A stretch of 64,000 nucleotides of DNA, from contig JBMNFY010000017.1 in the NCBI GenBank assembly GCA_050949565.1, positions 64,001 through 128,000 of the forward strand, written 5' to 3'. Within the stretch, counting starts at the first letter, position 1. The number at the start of each line of letters is the position of its first letter. Both the position numbers and the translations under genes were made by a program. The notes under the pieces were generated by a model that was not told where the DNA came from, made no database searches, and saw only the letters and a list, made by a program, of their open reading frames with translations. Origin of the DNA: Kiritimatiellia bacterium (GTDB lineage Bacteria > Verrucomicrobiota > Kiritimatiellia > RFP12 > UBA1067). Of this stretch, positions 30,691 through 40,908 are shown piece by piece.

Positions 30691-32040
30691 TCACTCCCAC
30701 TTTGGATCAACGATGTCGCCGATGATCCGCAGACATCTGCGGTCGGTTTCAAGGGTTTTGATCAGGTTGAGGAAGTGCGAATACCGCAACGCCTCGCGCG
30801 ACGGGCGGTCAATGGAGCGGTCTATCCAGTTGTGAGTCTCCAACGTTTTCGATCCGGATCTGGCGTACCACGCTCTCCTCTCTTCAAGGGGAATCTCCTT
30901 GACCACGGTCTCCGCGAGAACCGTCATCGGCACGGGCGAGGCCATGACGTAGGCGCGGAACGTGGCCTCGCGGTAATGGTTGGTCGGCGCGAGCAGGGCC
31001 TGGTGCAGGATGTTGGTGATCTCCGGCGAATCCCCGCTCCGCCAGAGGGTGCCGAGAAGCTCCGCGACATATGCCGGCGTCCCCTCGGACGTCCGCGCGA
31101 GCGGCGTTCCCTGAGACAGGAGTTCTGCCCCGATCAGGCCGACCATCCCCCCGTCCCTATCGCGCCTCAGCCTCGCGTTGACGGATCGCAACGAGTCATC
31201 CACCTCGTACCACGGCCGCGCTGTCGGGGCGACCCGGGAAATAAACTGCGCGGCCCCGTTGGGCGCGACGCGCCTCTCCCCTCCCTCCTTCCCGCCGCCC
31301 GGCGCTAGCGTCGGGAAAGCCTCCCGCCCGGGATCGAAGGGATTCCCGATGACCCGCAGACACTCGGGGTCTGTTTCAAGGGCCTTGACGCGGTTCAGGA
31401 AGTGCGAATACCGCAGCACCTCCCGCGACGGGCGGTCGATGAGGCAGTCCTCCCAAGAGTCCCCGTACAAAGCCTTCTCTGTGGCTGCGGCGTACCACGC
31501 CTTCCGCTGTCCTGCGGGGAACTCCTTGACCACCGTTTCCGCAAGATAAGTCATCGGCACGGGGGAAGCCATGATGTAGGCGTGCAGAATGATGTCGCGG
31601 TAGAGATTGGTCTTGATGGAATCAGGACCGGGGGCTTTTTTTATCCAGTCCGGGGGCAAAGCAATGCCGCAGTTGAGATTGGTTTGAATGAGCAGGGACT
31701 GATGCAGGATGTTCGTGATCTCCGGGGAGTCCCCGCTCCGGCAAAGCGCTTCGGAAATTTTTGTGATATAATTCTTTGCAGCCGATACAGTCCAAGCAAA
31801 CTGAAGCGGTTCTCCAAGCAGTCCCTCCTTCATGATCTGAATCATCCCGTCCGAGTCTCCAAAGTCAAGGCCTGTGTTTAGCGACACCAGCGAGTCGTCC
31901 GCTTCATACCACGGCCTCGTCGTCGACGCGACTTGATTGATATATTGCGCGGACTGGGTCGGGGGTATGAATTCACTACCGAAACAGGCATACACCCATG
32001 CAACTGCTATCCCAAAAACCATGTGCTTAACTCTTTTCAT
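30691..32040 (-). CDS. Secreted two-repeat helical protein (partner/immunity-like paralog 2)
   Basis: Signal peptide; repeated RPWYE...GDSPEITNILHQ...MASPVPMT.LAETVVK...WYA...SRE.LRYSHFLN...ETD. Confidence 0.82.
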   Translation of the reverse strand: MKRVKHMVFGIAVAWVYACFGSEFIPPTQSAQYINQVASTTRPWYEADDSLVSLNTGLDFGDSDGMIQIMKEGLLGEPLQFAWTVSAAKNYITKISEALCRSGDSPEITNILHQSLLIQTNLNCGIALPPDWIKKAPGPDSIKTNLYRDIILHAYIMASPVPMTYLAETVVKEFPAGQRKAWYAAATEKALYGDSWEDCLIDRPSREVLRYSHFLNRVKALETDPECLRVIGNPFDPGREAFPTLAPGGGKEGGERRVAPNGAAQFISRVAPTARPWYEVDDSLRSVNARLRRDRDGGMVGLIGAELLSQGTPLARTSEGTPAYVAELLGTLWRSGDSPEITNILHQALLAPTNHYREATFRAYVMASPVPMTVLAETVVKEIPLEERRAWYARSGSKTLETHNWIDRSIDRPSREALRYSHFLNLIKTLETDRRCLRIIGDIVDPKWE

Positions 32041-32052
32041 TGTACTCCTCCA

Positions 32053-32945
32053 TTAGTTGTCGTGCTTGGGGAAGCGATTCATCCCCTGTGTCCCGACCGG
32101 GACAGAGCCGAACTTCCCTTCCTTGTCATACCCTTTGATTGGGCCAGCAGGAATGTCATTGCCGCCGGATGTCAACCCGAACATCAGGCACCGCTTGATC
32201 ACCGTCGCCAGCGGCAACTCGCGCGGATAGTATTCCTGCGGCCCCGGCCCGTTGTTCCAATCGGCGGGCGACAAATGATCCCGCGAGAGCGGCATCGTCA
32301 GCGGCGGCCGGTCGGGGCGGAAGGTATAGATATCTCTCCACCCGCACTGGTGCCCGATCTCATGCGCGAGGATATGCGCCGAAACCGTGTTGGTCATCAG
32401 GAGGCCTTGATTGGGATAACTCCTTCCCGCAACGCCGGGCGCGATATTCGGAACGATATAGATTTCAAGCCCGCCCGTGTTAGTCATGACGTTGACGATT
32501 TCTTGCTGAATATTTCTGATCTCCGAATTGAGGTACCAAGATATCTCATTCGTGTACGAAACGGAGGCCTGCGCAAAGCGGAGCCCCTCCTGGCGGTAGA
32601 TGTCGTTGACACCGGTGATGAGGCCGGGGATGTCGGACGCCGATCCGGCGTGGTTACCGTTGTTATCGCAGATGAGCATGAAATGCAAGGCGATAGGATC
32701 GGCATAGTCGTACACCTCGAAATTGAATTGCGGCGAGGAGCCGACGAAGTGCGCGACATTGGCGGTCAGCGTTTCCGTGCCCGGCGCGAGGCCGACCACG
32801 ATCTGGGGCGCGGTGCTTTGCGGGCCGAAGGCGAGCGCGGCCTTGCCGTCGGCAACGGACCACTGCACATCCTCCGCCCTGACGTTCGATGAAAAGGTGA
32901 TCTGGAAGGTTGCGGAGCCGCCGACGAAGAGACCGCTGGGATTAA
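32053..32945 (-). pseudogene. Orphan C-terminal zincin metalloprotease module, paralogous to the 3' third of 34296..37055
   Basis: Homology starts at NPSG; HEIGH; DWNNGPGPQEYYPREL; no signal peptide or credible start. Confidence 0.75.
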
Positions 32946-33035
32946 GGCGGGGATGTCCACGCCGAGATCGCAGCCCGACATGAGCAGCCGATTGACGACG
33001 CCCTCCTGCTGTAGCCCGTTGTCCTAATCGTGAGG

Positions 33036-34280
33036 TCACTTCTTTGCTTCATCCTCCTTCGGTCTGCCGATTTGATTCAGAACATCGCGAAAGAACATCA
33101 CGTCGGTGGACGACTGCTTGGGCGAGCGGTCCGCTATTCGCACAGCAAACCGCTTCCGCTCTTCGCTGGTCTCCCAGACTGGATCAAGCGAACGCATAGC
33201 CGCATCAATCATGCGCGCACCAGAGCCGGGAATCCATGCCGCGTCGACCGCCTTGAGCAGGGCGTTTGTAGCCACCAGATCTGCACCGTACTGGAGGGCA
33301 GCCACGTAGTTGTACCATGCGACGCTGTTCTCGGGGCTAGGCTCGCTTTCGTGCACGAACACCTCGAAGCGATCAGCGACCATGCGGATGAAGTCGCGCT
33401 TCGGCATGTCGAAATCGATGAGTGCCGTACGGTAGGTGTTTTGGTACCATTCCGGCACCAGTTCTTCGGGCGGGTCTCCAGCCGCCGTTGAGTAGTCCGG
33501 CCAGAAAAAGTCAGGATGGCTCACAAATCTGTCGATATCCTTGTCCGTGGGGGGAAGGGGTAACCCCAGTTCGTCCGACAGCTTGGAGAAGTGACCGCCC
33601 GCCTCCCCGCCGGCGTCCCTGAAGCACAGGGCGAGGCGTTTCCTCCGGTTGGAGCTCTTCCATTTTGAATGTGCCTCCAACTGGGCTTTGTCCAGAACGG
33701 CGGCGCAGACCGCGTCGGTCTCGCTCTGCTCCGCATAGATCATGAAGTTCTCGATCCGATTGCATTCGCGGCTGGATAAGGATAAGACTTCTTCCCGTCT
33801 ACTGAAAAGCGAAGCGTACCATTCCGCCCGCGTTTCGGACGGCGTCCTCGCAACGACCGCCTCGGCCAGCCCCGACATGTCGGGCGGCCACGCATTGATG
33901 CACGCCAGCAACGTCTGGTAACGGAACGCGTTCCCCTCCCGGAACAGGGCTTCGGCGAGAACGTTGGTCACGTCGTACGTCCCGCCCCTCACCAGACGGT
34001 TCAGAACCTCCGCCACCCGGTTCGAGTCCCCGCCGTCCGGTTTGGACAGCTCGGACAGCAGTTGGTCGCCGAAATGCCGGACGGCTCCTCCCGGTGGCAA
34101 GCCGTGCGCCAATTCAAATGCGGCGTTGGTGCCGTCGAACGTGTCGTACGGACGCCACCACAGCAGGGCGTTACGGTTTTCGCGCCAGCCTTCCACAAGC
34201 CCGGAAGGCATCGGAAGCTGTTCCGCCCGCGCCGCGAATGCGGCCAGCAGAACAATCATAGCCATGTTTCTGGTCTTCAT
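33036..34280 (-). CDS. Secreted helical protein (partner/immunity-like paralog 1)
   Basis: Signal peptide; VTNVLAEAL...MSGLAEAVV...RAEWYA...SRECNR...ETD aligns with the repeat domain of the downstream pair. Confidence 0.78.
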   Translation of the reverse strand: MKTRNMAMIVLLAAFAARAEQLPMPSGLVEGWRENRNALLWWRPYDTFDGTNAAFELAHGLPPGGAVRHFGDQLLSELSKPDGGDSNRVAEVLNRLVRGGTYDVTNVLAEALFREGNAFRYQTLLACINAWPPDMSGLAEAVVARTPSETRAEWYASLFSRREEVLSLSSRECNRIENFMIYAEQSETDAVCAAVLDKAQLEAHSKWKSSNRRKRLALCFRDAGGEAGGHFSKLSDELGLPLPPTDKDIDRFVSHPDFFWPDYSTAAGDPPEELVPEWYQNTYRTALIDFDMPKRDFIRMVADRFEVFVHESEPSPENSVAWYNYVAALQYGADLVATNALLKAVDAAWIPGSGARMIDAAMRSLDPVWETSEERKRFAVRIADRSPKQSSTDVMFFRDVLNQIGRPKEDEAKK

Positions 34281-34295
34281 TCTTTATCTCCTTTT

Positions 34296-37055
34296 CTATT
34301 GGGAAACGGGGGTTCGCGTAACCATGTTGCGCTCCCCGACATCGGTCAGTTTCAACATGCCGTTGCTACCCGCCCGGCCATAGACCCGTCCGGATGGGAT
34401 GTCCATACCGAGCGTGCTACTCGACATGAGCAGACGATAGACGAGCCCCTCCTGCTGTAGCTCGCGCTCGTAGTACTCTTCCGGCCCCGGCCCATTATTC
34501 CAGTCGTGGGGCAACCGCGCCTGTGAAACGGGGCCACTCACACCCTTACCGTGAATGTCGTCCCACCCGCAAGCATGTCCTAGCTCATGTGCCACAACGC
34601 AGTCCGCCGTGTTACTCGCGATCAGGATGCCTTCCTCTGCCCAGTTGCCCAGCGCCCCGGTGGCCTGAACCATGCTCCACGGGCAGAAATAGACCTCCAC
34701 CCCGTCGTTCTGCTGGATCTGGGCACGAATCAGCTTGTTGGTGTAAAGGTAGTCCGGCGTGTCTCGAGGTTCGGAGGCGTAAAATCCTTGGTTCGTGATC
34801 CAGGTCACGGACGCGAGGCGGAAACCGATGCCGACCTGACGGAAAATGTTCGAGGCCAAGCCGATCTTGGTGTTCACGGCGTCCAGCGTGATGCTTGCCT
34901 CCCCGTTCGTGCTGCAGAGGATGCCGACGTGAATCGGAACCGGGGGGGACTCCTCAAAGATTTTGAAATCCAGTTTGGGTTCGGGGATGCCGCAACCGTT
35001 TTCTATCCTTACCTTGATTGACCCCTCGCCCGGCTGGTTGCCGCGCAGCACGATAGCCCCCCTGCCGGTCTCGACGGGGGGGCCCGACCAGACCGCCGCG
35101 TCGCCGATCTTTGTCCAACGTATATGGTCGCCGTCCACATTGTTGGAAAACTCGAACTTGAATCTCGCCTCGTCCCCGACGCGGAACCCGCTGGGATTGA
35201 CCATGAGCCAGTCCCCTTCGAAGCAGAAAAGACGGACCGGCTCGACAATGATCGTGATCACGCGCAGTTCGGTCTGCCGCGTGACGATCGCGCCCGTGAA
35301 TGTCAGGACCTTCGCCCTGATCTTGAAATTCGAAACCGTCCCGCGCGGCAGGACCGAGACCGAGAGGTCCCGTGTCACCTTGGACACCTCCTGCCCGTCC
35401 TTGAGAAAACACGGCCCGCTCCCGCTGATGCTCCACTCCAGCACCGTGTCCTCCCGGTGCCCGTGCCACGCGAACGCCACGGCATTGCTGCTGTGCGCGA
35501 GCGCGTAGGTCGGCGACACCGGTTCCGTGACGCTGAAGGGGCTGGCGATGAAGCGCCGGCCGTCCCAGGGGTCTGGTTCGTCGGGGGCGTCCGGCGTGGA
35601 CGGCTCGAACGTGCGCGTGACGGTTCTGTCGCCGATCTCTGCCGTGATCGACGGCGAACCGTTTGTTTCCACGCCCGCGCCCATCGGTGCGGGTGCCCCC
35701 TGGGCCTGCTGCGCGGGCGCGGGGAAGACCGCGTTCACCCATGTCTCCATGTTGCCGCTCTCCGGCGTGGCGGTCCCGCTGCTGACGGACCACTGCGGTT
35801 GCCCCGCGATCTCCTCGCCGTCGGGCACGAAGCTGGCCGACACGGAAAAGGACGCGCTGTTGTCCGGGCCGAGGCAGATGATGTCGGGGATGTCGAGATC
35901 GATGCCGGCCACGGTCATCTCCGTGCCGGGCGGACAGGCCGGGGCGTTGGTGGAGAGCGGGAACGTCACCGGGAACTCATTGGTGAAGCCGTGTATGAAC
36001 GTGGCGTTGTCATGGGTGATGCGCACCGTGCCCGTGCAGGGGACGGTGTTGCTGGGGTCGAGATCGACGACCGTCAGCGGGTAGCGATAGCCCGCCGCTA
36101 TGGCGTAAGAGCGTTCCTGCACCCCCGAGTGCGTGATATGCCCGACGGACACGCCCGCGCGGCGCGCGGCGCGCAGCCCGTCAACCCGCACGGAGAACAG
36201 GGCCGTGCCGTAGGCCGCCCAGTCCGCATGCGCAAGGAGGGGGTTCACGCCCGCGTCCGCCTCCTCGCCGTCAGGCCGCCCGTCATCATTGGAGTCTGGG
36301 TCGCCCGGATCGCAGCCCAGCGCGTACTCGTGGAAGTTGTCCAGCCCGTCTTCATCCGCGTCCAGGGCGTCGTCCGGCAGCCAGGGGCAGAGGAAGGGCC
36401 GGTGCGCCGCCTCCCAGGCGTCGGGCATGCCGTCGCCGTCTGTGTCCCGCCGCCGCGGGTGTGTCCTGTTCAGAAACTCTTCCAGCGCGGTCAGCCCGTC
36501 GCGGTCATGGTCGCTGGCGGCATCGGAAGGATCGAGCGGGTCAAGCCCGAAGATGCGCTCCCAAGCGTCGGGCATGCCGTCCATGTCCGTATCCGCCGGG
36601 CTGCGCCCCTCGGCGATCCACCAGCAGTTGGTGCCGTCCGCCAGCGTCGGGAGCGCGGGAGCGGGCGTGCCTGCCCCCGCAGGCATGGCGGCAGCGCCGC
36701 CAGACGTTTGGTTCGACGGGGCTGACGGCGCGGCAGCCGGGGCTCCCGCCGCCTGTCCTTCCTGCGTGGCCGACTGCTGGGCGGTGGCGGCGGGGTTGTT
36801 CGTCACGTCGCGGGGCTTCGTGCAGCGCCCGTCCCTCACACAGGTCAGCAGCAGACCCACCATGAGGATGCGCAACACGGGCGACCAAGACGCCCATGTC
36901 TCCCGCCGGTCTGCCCAGACCCCGCGGAACACGCCCCGCTCCCACATGTACACCACGAGGCACAGCGCGTACGCCGCCACAACCAAAATGCCCGGCAGTC
37001 CTATAAACGCCGTTCCGCCGACATCCGTTCCGCCGCAAAAAAGATTCCCATCCAT
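34296..37055 (-). CDS. Large membrane-anchored protein with TSP3-like Ca-binding repeats and C-terminal HExxH zincin metalloprotease
   Basis: Two N-terminal hydrophobic segments; DTDMDGMPDAWE, DTDGDGMPDAWE; AHELGHACG; start assigned to ATG 37055 after GGGGAG. Confidence 0.82.
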   Translation of the reverse strand: MDGNLFCGGTDVGGTAFIGLPGILVVAAYALCLVVYMWERGVFRGVWADRRETWASWSPVLRILMVGLLLTCVRDGRCTKPRDVTNNPAATAQQSATQEGQAAGAPAAAPSAPSNQTSGGAAAMPAGAGTPAPALPTLADGTNCWWIAEGRSPADTDMDGMPDAWERIFGLDPLDPSDAASDHDRDGLTALEEFLNRTHPRRRDTDGDGMPDAWEAAHRPFLCPWLPDDALDADEDGLDNFHEYALGCDPGDPDSNDDGRPDGEEADAGVNPLLAHADWAAYGTALFSVRVDGLRAARRAGVSVGHITHSGVQERSYAIAAGYRYPLTVVDLDPSNTVPCTGTVRITHDNATFIHGFTNEFPVTFPLSTNAPACPPGTEMTVAGIDLDIPDIICLGPDNSASFSVSASFVPDGEEIAGQPQWSVSSGTATPESGNMETWVNAVFPAPAQQAQGAPAPMGAGVETNGSPSITAEIGDRTVTRTFEPSTPDAPDEPDPWDGRRFIASPFSVTEPVSPTYALAHSSNAVAFAWHGHREDTVLEWSISGSGPCFLKDGQEVSKVTRDLSVSVLPRGTVSNFKIRAKVLTFTGAIVTRQTELRVITIIVEPVRLFCFEGDWLMVNPSGFRVGDEARFKFEFSNNVDGDHIRWTKIGDAAVWSGPPVETGRGAIVLRGNQPGEGSIKVRIENGCGIPEPKLDFKIFEESPPVPIHVGILCSTNGEASITLDAVNTKIGLASNIFRQVGIGFRLASVTWITNQGFYASEPRDTPDYLYTNKLIRAQIQQNDGVEVYFCPWSMVQATGALGNWAEEGILIASNTADCVVAHELGHACGWDDIHGKGVSGPVSQARLPHDWNNGPGPEEYYERELQQEGLVYRLLMSSSTLGMDIPSGRVYGRAGSNGMLKLTDVGERNMVTRTPVSQ

Positions 37056-37734
37056 CGTGCCATCTCCCCGCCGCCCGTGCCGCACCGGGCTCCGCGCGCC
37101 CCCACAAAAAGGCGCGGACCCCAGCCTGTGCCTCATCTGAAGGCTACCGCCAAGCGCCCGTTACGGAAGCACGAGACAGGAGGCCGCGCCCGAGCGGCGC
37201 ACCTCCGAGCATTTCGCTTCTGCATTTGGATAAACTGGCGGTCTCTTCTGGGAAGCGTTAATGCGCGTAAGCGCAAAATCAAAATGTGCAGGACGGTCTC
37301 TAAGACATCCAGCCGCAATGCACGCGGCCTCTCACCTCTGGTCATATCTCGCTGTCATCGCGAGAACAACGACGTGCCGTACCCTCAGCACACATTACCC
37401 TGCATGAAATCGTGCCGTCAGCATACGCCTCACCGGCAGGTATTGTCAATTGTGTTTTTTCGCGTTTTTCACCACCCCCAAAAAACCTACGGTGTCTTTT
37501 CTATTTAACGGACCGTAGCGGGGAAAAACTGCCAATCGCCAAACGGTCAAGCCGTCTGGCAAGACAAGCTCGTAGCCCTGTCACCGGCGAAATGATGGAT
37601 AATTGAAACGCTTGTCTCGACACTGTTATCGGCAAGGAGTTACTGGCGTTTTGAGTGGCATCTGCCGCATGAAAAATGCAATCATAAGAACTGGATGTTA
37701 CTCGGTGTGGGCCAAGCAGAAGGGAAGACATCAA

Positions 37735-39588
37735 ATGCAGAAAATCTGGATGAGTACGTTGCGGCATTTGACAGTGTGCGGATGCGTCTGGATGGCCGGG
37801 AGTTACGGCTGGGGCGACGCCAACAAGCAACCGGGCGCAACCAAGTCCATCGCTGATTGTCGGTTGGTGACTCAATTCGATGGCGTCGATCTGGCGGAAA
37901 TCGGATGCGAAAAGTTGTTGGCGGACGCCATACGGGCGGGAGCGGAAGCCATTCAGATCGAGCGGTGTGAGTTTCATCTCGATGGCGCGGCGCGGACGAA
38001 TGCGCTCGCAAAGCTTGCCAAGGAAATACGCTTCTTCGAGAAGGCGGGCTTCCCGGTGGCGGTTTGGACCACAACGCTGGGTTACGGCAACATGACAAAT
38101 CCAGACTTTCTGCGGCGCTTCCCGAACTATCGCCCGTTGCGTGCGCTGGAAGGAAACACAGCGGCGGTCTGTGCCACGGATGTCGCCTGCCGTGAGGCGA
38201 TTGCCGAGAATGTGCGTGACTTCATTCGGGCGGGGGCGAAAGTCATTCTCCTCGACGACGATCTCGTTCAAGCGTGCCGTCCCGGTATCTGCTGCGTGTG
38301 CGACGAGCATCTACGGCGCATCGCGGCCCGGCTCGGTGCCACGTCCGTCACAGCAGAACAAATTCGTGATGCCTACGCGGGCGCGCCCAACCCGCTCCGC
38401 ACGGCCTGTGTCGACGTCATGGGAGAGACACTCATGGAGTACGCTCAGGCGATGCGGGCGGCGGCAGATGAGATCGATCCGTCCGTGATGATCGCGACCT
38501 GTCTGAGCGTTTCGCAGTATGACCTCGACGGTGTTGACGTACCGGCACTCGTCCGCCTGCTCGCTGGCAAGGGAACTGACCGTCAGTTCGTGCGCCTGAC
38601 CGGTGCCACATACTGGGTGCGTCATCCCCACAACCTGCGCAATTGGGGACAGGGACTCGGCGGCATCGTTGAGTTCTTGCGGTGGCAGTCCGCGTTGCTC
38701 CATGCCTGTGACATCGTACCGCTGGACGAGAATGATCCTTACCCGCGCGATGTGGGCGTCGTCCCCGAGCAATTATGCGAAGCATACGACCGCGCAGTGA
38801 TTGCCGAAGGGGGCATCGTCCGGAACAAGTACATGATGCGCCACAACGTCAAGACGAACAAGGGCATTGATCCAGAATACCTCGCTGCCCATCTGGCGGG
38901 ACAGGACGAAGCCAAGCGGATCGCCGCGACATTCAAGGATGCCTCCCCTATTGGATTTGAGATATTTGCGCCGCCTCGTCTCGTGCGCGACGCCATCCTG
39001 CCTCAGCCGTATGCCGGCAAACGTGCGCTGGTCAAATTCTTTTCTCATCCGATGGCAGGTGCTTTGCTTGCGTCCAACGGTGCGCCAACGCGCTATGACC
39101 GTGATTCTGGCGCACCGCTGGCAGCGTTTGGACCCGCAGCCGCAACACTGCCGGATGCGTGGTTGACGCGCGGCGTACTGCTCGACCGTGACGGCGCGCA
39201 GACTCTCCAAAAGCGCGGCGTTGATGTGGGGTTGCTCGCGGCGGATGCCCGGAATATCGACGGCTGGCGTCTCTACCAGAATGCGAAGGGCGAGAAGTTC
39301 GCCGTTTCTGAAAAAAGCTGGTACGAGCTTGATTGCAGCGAAGAGACACCGACGGCGGTACCGGTCCGCGAAATTTGGCGCTTCTTCACCGGACAGGAAA
39401 TCCCGATCCGCCTCACAGGCGCGCGCGGCGTGCACCTTTTGGCGAAGCGCCGTCCAGACGGGGCGCTGGCTGTCCTTGTGAACAACATGCGCGAGACAAC
39501 CGCAGGACCGTTTGATATTTTTGTCTCCGGCAAGCCGCGTTCGATGACGTTGAAGGGGTATGGATATGGCGTGGCGGTGGAAAGATAA
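37735..39588 (+). CDS. Secreted hypothetical protein, possible glycoside-hydrolase-like barrel
   Basis: Long ORF with signal-like N-terminus; LLDDD...CCVCDEH motif. Confidence 0.65.
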   Translation: MQKIWMSTLRHLTVCGCVWMAGSYGWGDANKQPGATKSIADCRLVTQFDGVDLAEIGCEKLLADAIRAGAEAIQIERCEFHLDGAARTNALAKLAKEIRFFEKAGFPVAVWTTTLGYGNMTNPDFLRRFPNYRPLRALEGNTAAVCATDVACREAIAENVRDFIRAGAKVILLDDDLVQACRPGICCVCDEHLRRIAARLGATSVTAEQIRDAYAGAPNPLRTACVDVMGETLMEYAQAMRAAADEIDPSVMIATCLSVSQYDLDGVDVPALVRLLAGKGTDRQFVRLTGATYWVRHPHNLRNWGQGLGGIVEFLRWQSALLHACDIVPLDENDPYPRDVGVVPEQLCEAYDRAVIAEGGIVRNKYMMRHNVKTNKGIDPEYLAAHLAGQDEAKRIAATFKDASPIGFEIFAPPRLVRDAILPQPYAGKRALVKFFSHPMAGALLASNGAPTRYDRDSGAPLAAFGPAAATLPDAWLTRGVLLDRDGAQTLQKRGVDVGLLAADARNIDGWRLYQNAKGEKFAVSEKSWYELDCSEETPTAVPVREIWRFFTGQEIPIRLTGARGVHLLAKRRPDGALAVLVNNMRETTAGPFDIFVSGKPRSMTLKGYGYGVAVER

Positions 39589-39855
39589 AGAAGACAGTCA
39601 TGCCGATCGGTGTAAGCGTGGCGGCGACTACATACGTCAAAAAGAGGTACAAATGAAAAATAGTTCGCGCCGTCCAAATTTCGTGTTTCACGGTTGAGTA
39701 TTGAAAACTAGAGCATGCCGATCCCGATTTCGACACCGATTGCCCCAGAAACACCCAATTCCACCCAGAACGCATAATACGAAATTATCCCTGTGGCATG
39801 GGGTGGCTCAGGTGTGCTAGTATTATCGCGGATTTAACCCGAAGGGAGGATATGT

Positions 39856-40908
39856 ATGGCTGAAAATCAAGGTAACACTCGTAAAGGGCGCGGATGTGGA
39901 TTCGGTTGCGCGCTGATTGTCATTCTGTTTGTCGGTCTCGGCGTATTGACCGCGCTGGCGCTGGCGGGAAGCCTAGGCGCTCTTTCGGCGCGAAAAGGCT
40001 CTCCTCTGGACAGCCTGATGCGACCGTACAACACCGCCTATGGTGTGGGCGAGGACGAAGCTCCAGACATGATCGAACGCTGGTCGTCCGGCGCGGGCGA
40101 TTTGAAGGTCGTGCGTGTGCCGGTCAACGGTATGATCATGTTGGGTGATTCGGCATGGTATGCCGGCAACGCCAACACGGTGTTGCGCTCGATCCGCCGC
40201 GCAACGCACGACCCCGAGGTGCGGGGGCTTCTGCTGGAGATCAACAGCGGTGGCGGCGGCATCACGGACAGCGACATTATCTACAAGGCACTGCTGGATT
40301 TCAAAAAAGCCCAGGAAGGACGTTACATCGTGTCGTTGATGGGCGATGTGGCCGCGTCGGGCGCGTATTACATCGCGCTGGCGTCCGACCGGATTTTGGC
40401 GCATCCGACGACGCTGACCGGTTCGATCGGCGTGATCATGCAGTCGTACAACTTCAAAGACCTGGCGGCGAAGTTGGGCGTTCAGGACGTGACGATCAAG
40501 TCCGGCGCCAACAAGGATCTTTTGAATCCGTTTCATGAGGTCAAGCCTGAGCAAAAGGAGCTGCTGCAAAAGGTGATCGCGGCGATGCACGAGCGCTTTG
40601 TGGGGTTGGTGGCTGAAAACCGCAAGTTGCCGAAAGAGACTGTGGCACCGCTCGCAGACGGACGTGTGTTTCTGGCCGCCGAAGCGGTGCAGCATAAATT
40701 GATCGACGCAATCGGCTACAATACGGATGCGCAGGCGGCGATGGCGGAACTGCTGAACACCAAGGCGATCAAGGTGATTCGGTATGAAGAGCATGTGACC
40801 CTGCGCGACATCTTTTCGCCCCGTCCCGGGATCGGGGTGGATACGGGATGGCGGCAATGGCTCATGGAAGCGACGGAACGCCGGTTGCTGTACCACTGGT
40901 CATGGTAG
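39856..40908 (+). CDS. sppA: Signal peptide peptidase SppA (S49)
   Basis: INSGGG, AASGAYYIA, TGSIGV, KSGANKD, ADGRVF. Confidence 0.93.
   Translation: MAENQGNTRKGRGCGFGCALIVILFVGLGVLTALALAGSLGALSARKGSPLDSLMRPYNTAYGVGEDEAPDMIERWSSGAGDLKVVRVPVNGMIMLGDSAWYAGNANTVLRSIRRATHDPEVRGLLLEINSGGGGITDSDIIYKALLDFKKAQEGRYIVSLMGDVAASGAYYIALASDRILAHPTTLTGSIGVIMQSYNFKDLAAKLGVQDVTIKSGANKDLLNPFHEVKPEQKELLQKVIAAMHERFVGLVAENRKLPKETVAPLADGRVFLAAEAVQHKLIDAIGYNTDAQAAMAELLNTKAIKVIRYEEHVTLRDIFSPRPGIGVDTGWRQWLMEATERRLLYHWSW

Noticed and set aside
30691-30693. TGA readthrough or selenocysteine fusing the two paralogs
   Set aside because: The downstream gene has its own RBS and signal peptide at 30645; no SECIS-like evidence.
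37140-37730. ncRNA or small gene in the long divergent intergenic region
   Set aside because: No recognisable RNA motif; the short ORFs lack RBS or family features.
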